This document shows positions 62,495-64,000 of a stretch of 64,000 nt of DNA, piece by piece. The stretch is from the human T2T-CHM13v2.0 reference genome, Homo sapiens: assembly GCF_009914755.1 (NCBI RefSeq), contig NC_060936.1. One strand, given 5' to 3'. Position 1 is the first letter of the stretch; every line of letters starts with the position of its first letter. The notes beneath the pieces are model-generated. The model did no database searches. It was not told where the DNA came from and saw only the letters and a program-made list of their open reading frames with translations. A program made the position numbers and the translations under genes.

Positions 62495-63654
62495 ACTTAC
62501 TCAGCTAGGTGCTCATTAAAACACTGGATTTCTGCCATTCTGAATTTAAAAGGTAATGATTTAATTAAAACTTCAGAGAATAAAATGACATATTGTTTTA
62601 CAGTTTACAGTTCTATATATAGGCATATATATACACAGCTGTCATTATTTCATTGTTATCTGTAGAATTTCTTATTCTGTCTTTAAATATAAAAAGGATT
62701 ATCTTCTATGAACAATAAAAAAGATAAACTAAATTTAATTACCAATTAAAGATGGGGTAAAAAAGAGCAACAACACTCTAAAACAGAATAATCATGGATA
62801 TTGTGTAACCTCTCTCTTTCGTAGTTTGTTCATACTGGGAGACTAATGAAATAGAATGATAAAATCTTGTCCAGAGATGAGGAGGAGTATTAAATGACAT
62901 CCTGTTCATTTAATGTGAATATAATAAACTTCAAAGTCAAAAATGTGACTATAATAAAGTTTGAAATTTTTGAAAATATGACACATAAGCATAAATACGT
63001 ACATAAGATTAACACATTTTATCTATAAGTTATTTAAATTTATATACATATCCAACCTGAAAATTGTTTAATATTTGAGTTTTTTATAGTGTCTAAGAAT
63101 GCGTAAATGGTATGCAAAAATATTTTCAATTTTTTGCTTACCATAGTTGAATGTTACAAACTTACTGTATCCAGCAAATTCCAAACTATATGCTAGAACT
63201 TGCAGAGAAAACAAAATGTTTTCCATGACAGCAAGAGACTCTATTTAATCATTATATTAAGAGATTTAAACAAGATGAGAATTAAGGATGGGATGGATAT
63301 TCCAGAGAAATGGAACGATTAATTCATTCAATTTATATATGTTGAGTTTCTGCTCTATACCAGGCACCGGTCAAGGTATTGGGAACACAGCAATGAACAC
63401 AATGTTCCAAGTCTCTGCCCTCAAATAGGTTAACCTCAAGTAGCTTAAATTCTAGGTGAAGGAGTAAGGGGAAGGAAGGGAAACGGGATGAATAATAGAT
63501 AAACAACAAATAAATTTTTAGTACAAGTATGTTCCATGAAATATTTGGGACACTTAAATAATTAAACAATGAATAAGTTGTCAGAATAGGTAATGACAAG
63601 GACAAGTAATAATATTTTTCATATGTCTGATGCAATAGTTAGAACATAATTATT

Positions 63655-63824
<170 letters not shown>

Positions 63825-64000
63825 TAACTAAAAAGTTTTTTGTTGCTTGTCTGAAGTTCAAATTTAACTGGGTGCCCTGTATTTTCATTTGCTCCATCAA
63901 ACCATCTTAACAGGAGGAGATAGCAAATAAAGGCATTTTTAAAAGTAGTATGTTATATGGTGATAAATGCTTTGGAGAAAATAAGGCAAGGTTAGGCGAA

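Overview
AT-rich primate (very probably human) genomic DNA made of intron plus interspersed repeats. There is no host protein-coding exon, RNA gene or CRISPR array. Two + strand non-coding exons (36241-36378 and 37849-37914) match my recollection of the human SYT1 (synaptotagmin-1, chr12q21) 5' UTR, so the window is probably SYT1 5'-UTR introns; this identification is from memory, not a search. The central feature is a full-length ~6.06 kb young LINE-1 (L1PA2-like) on the - strand at 30138-36197. It has a 12-bp TSD, one frameshift in ORF1, one nonsense codon in ORF2, a CpG-rich 5' UTR with a YY1 site, and an intact antisense ORF0 with both splice donors. Its antisense promoter points at the two exons, the first of which starts 44 bp past the L1 5' end; this fits the reported L1PA2-SYT1 chimeric (onco-exapted) transcript. 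Splicing ORF0 donor 2 into the first exon predicts a 109-aa ORF0-fusion peptide whose stop is formed at the exon junction. Other elements are truncated L1s (two with twin-priming 5' inversions), Alus, MaLR solo LTRs, hAT/Tigger MITEs, MIR/L2 relics and microsatellites. An unexplained 52-bp inverted repeat pair lies at 42017/44827. Repeat subfamily names are by-eye calls.
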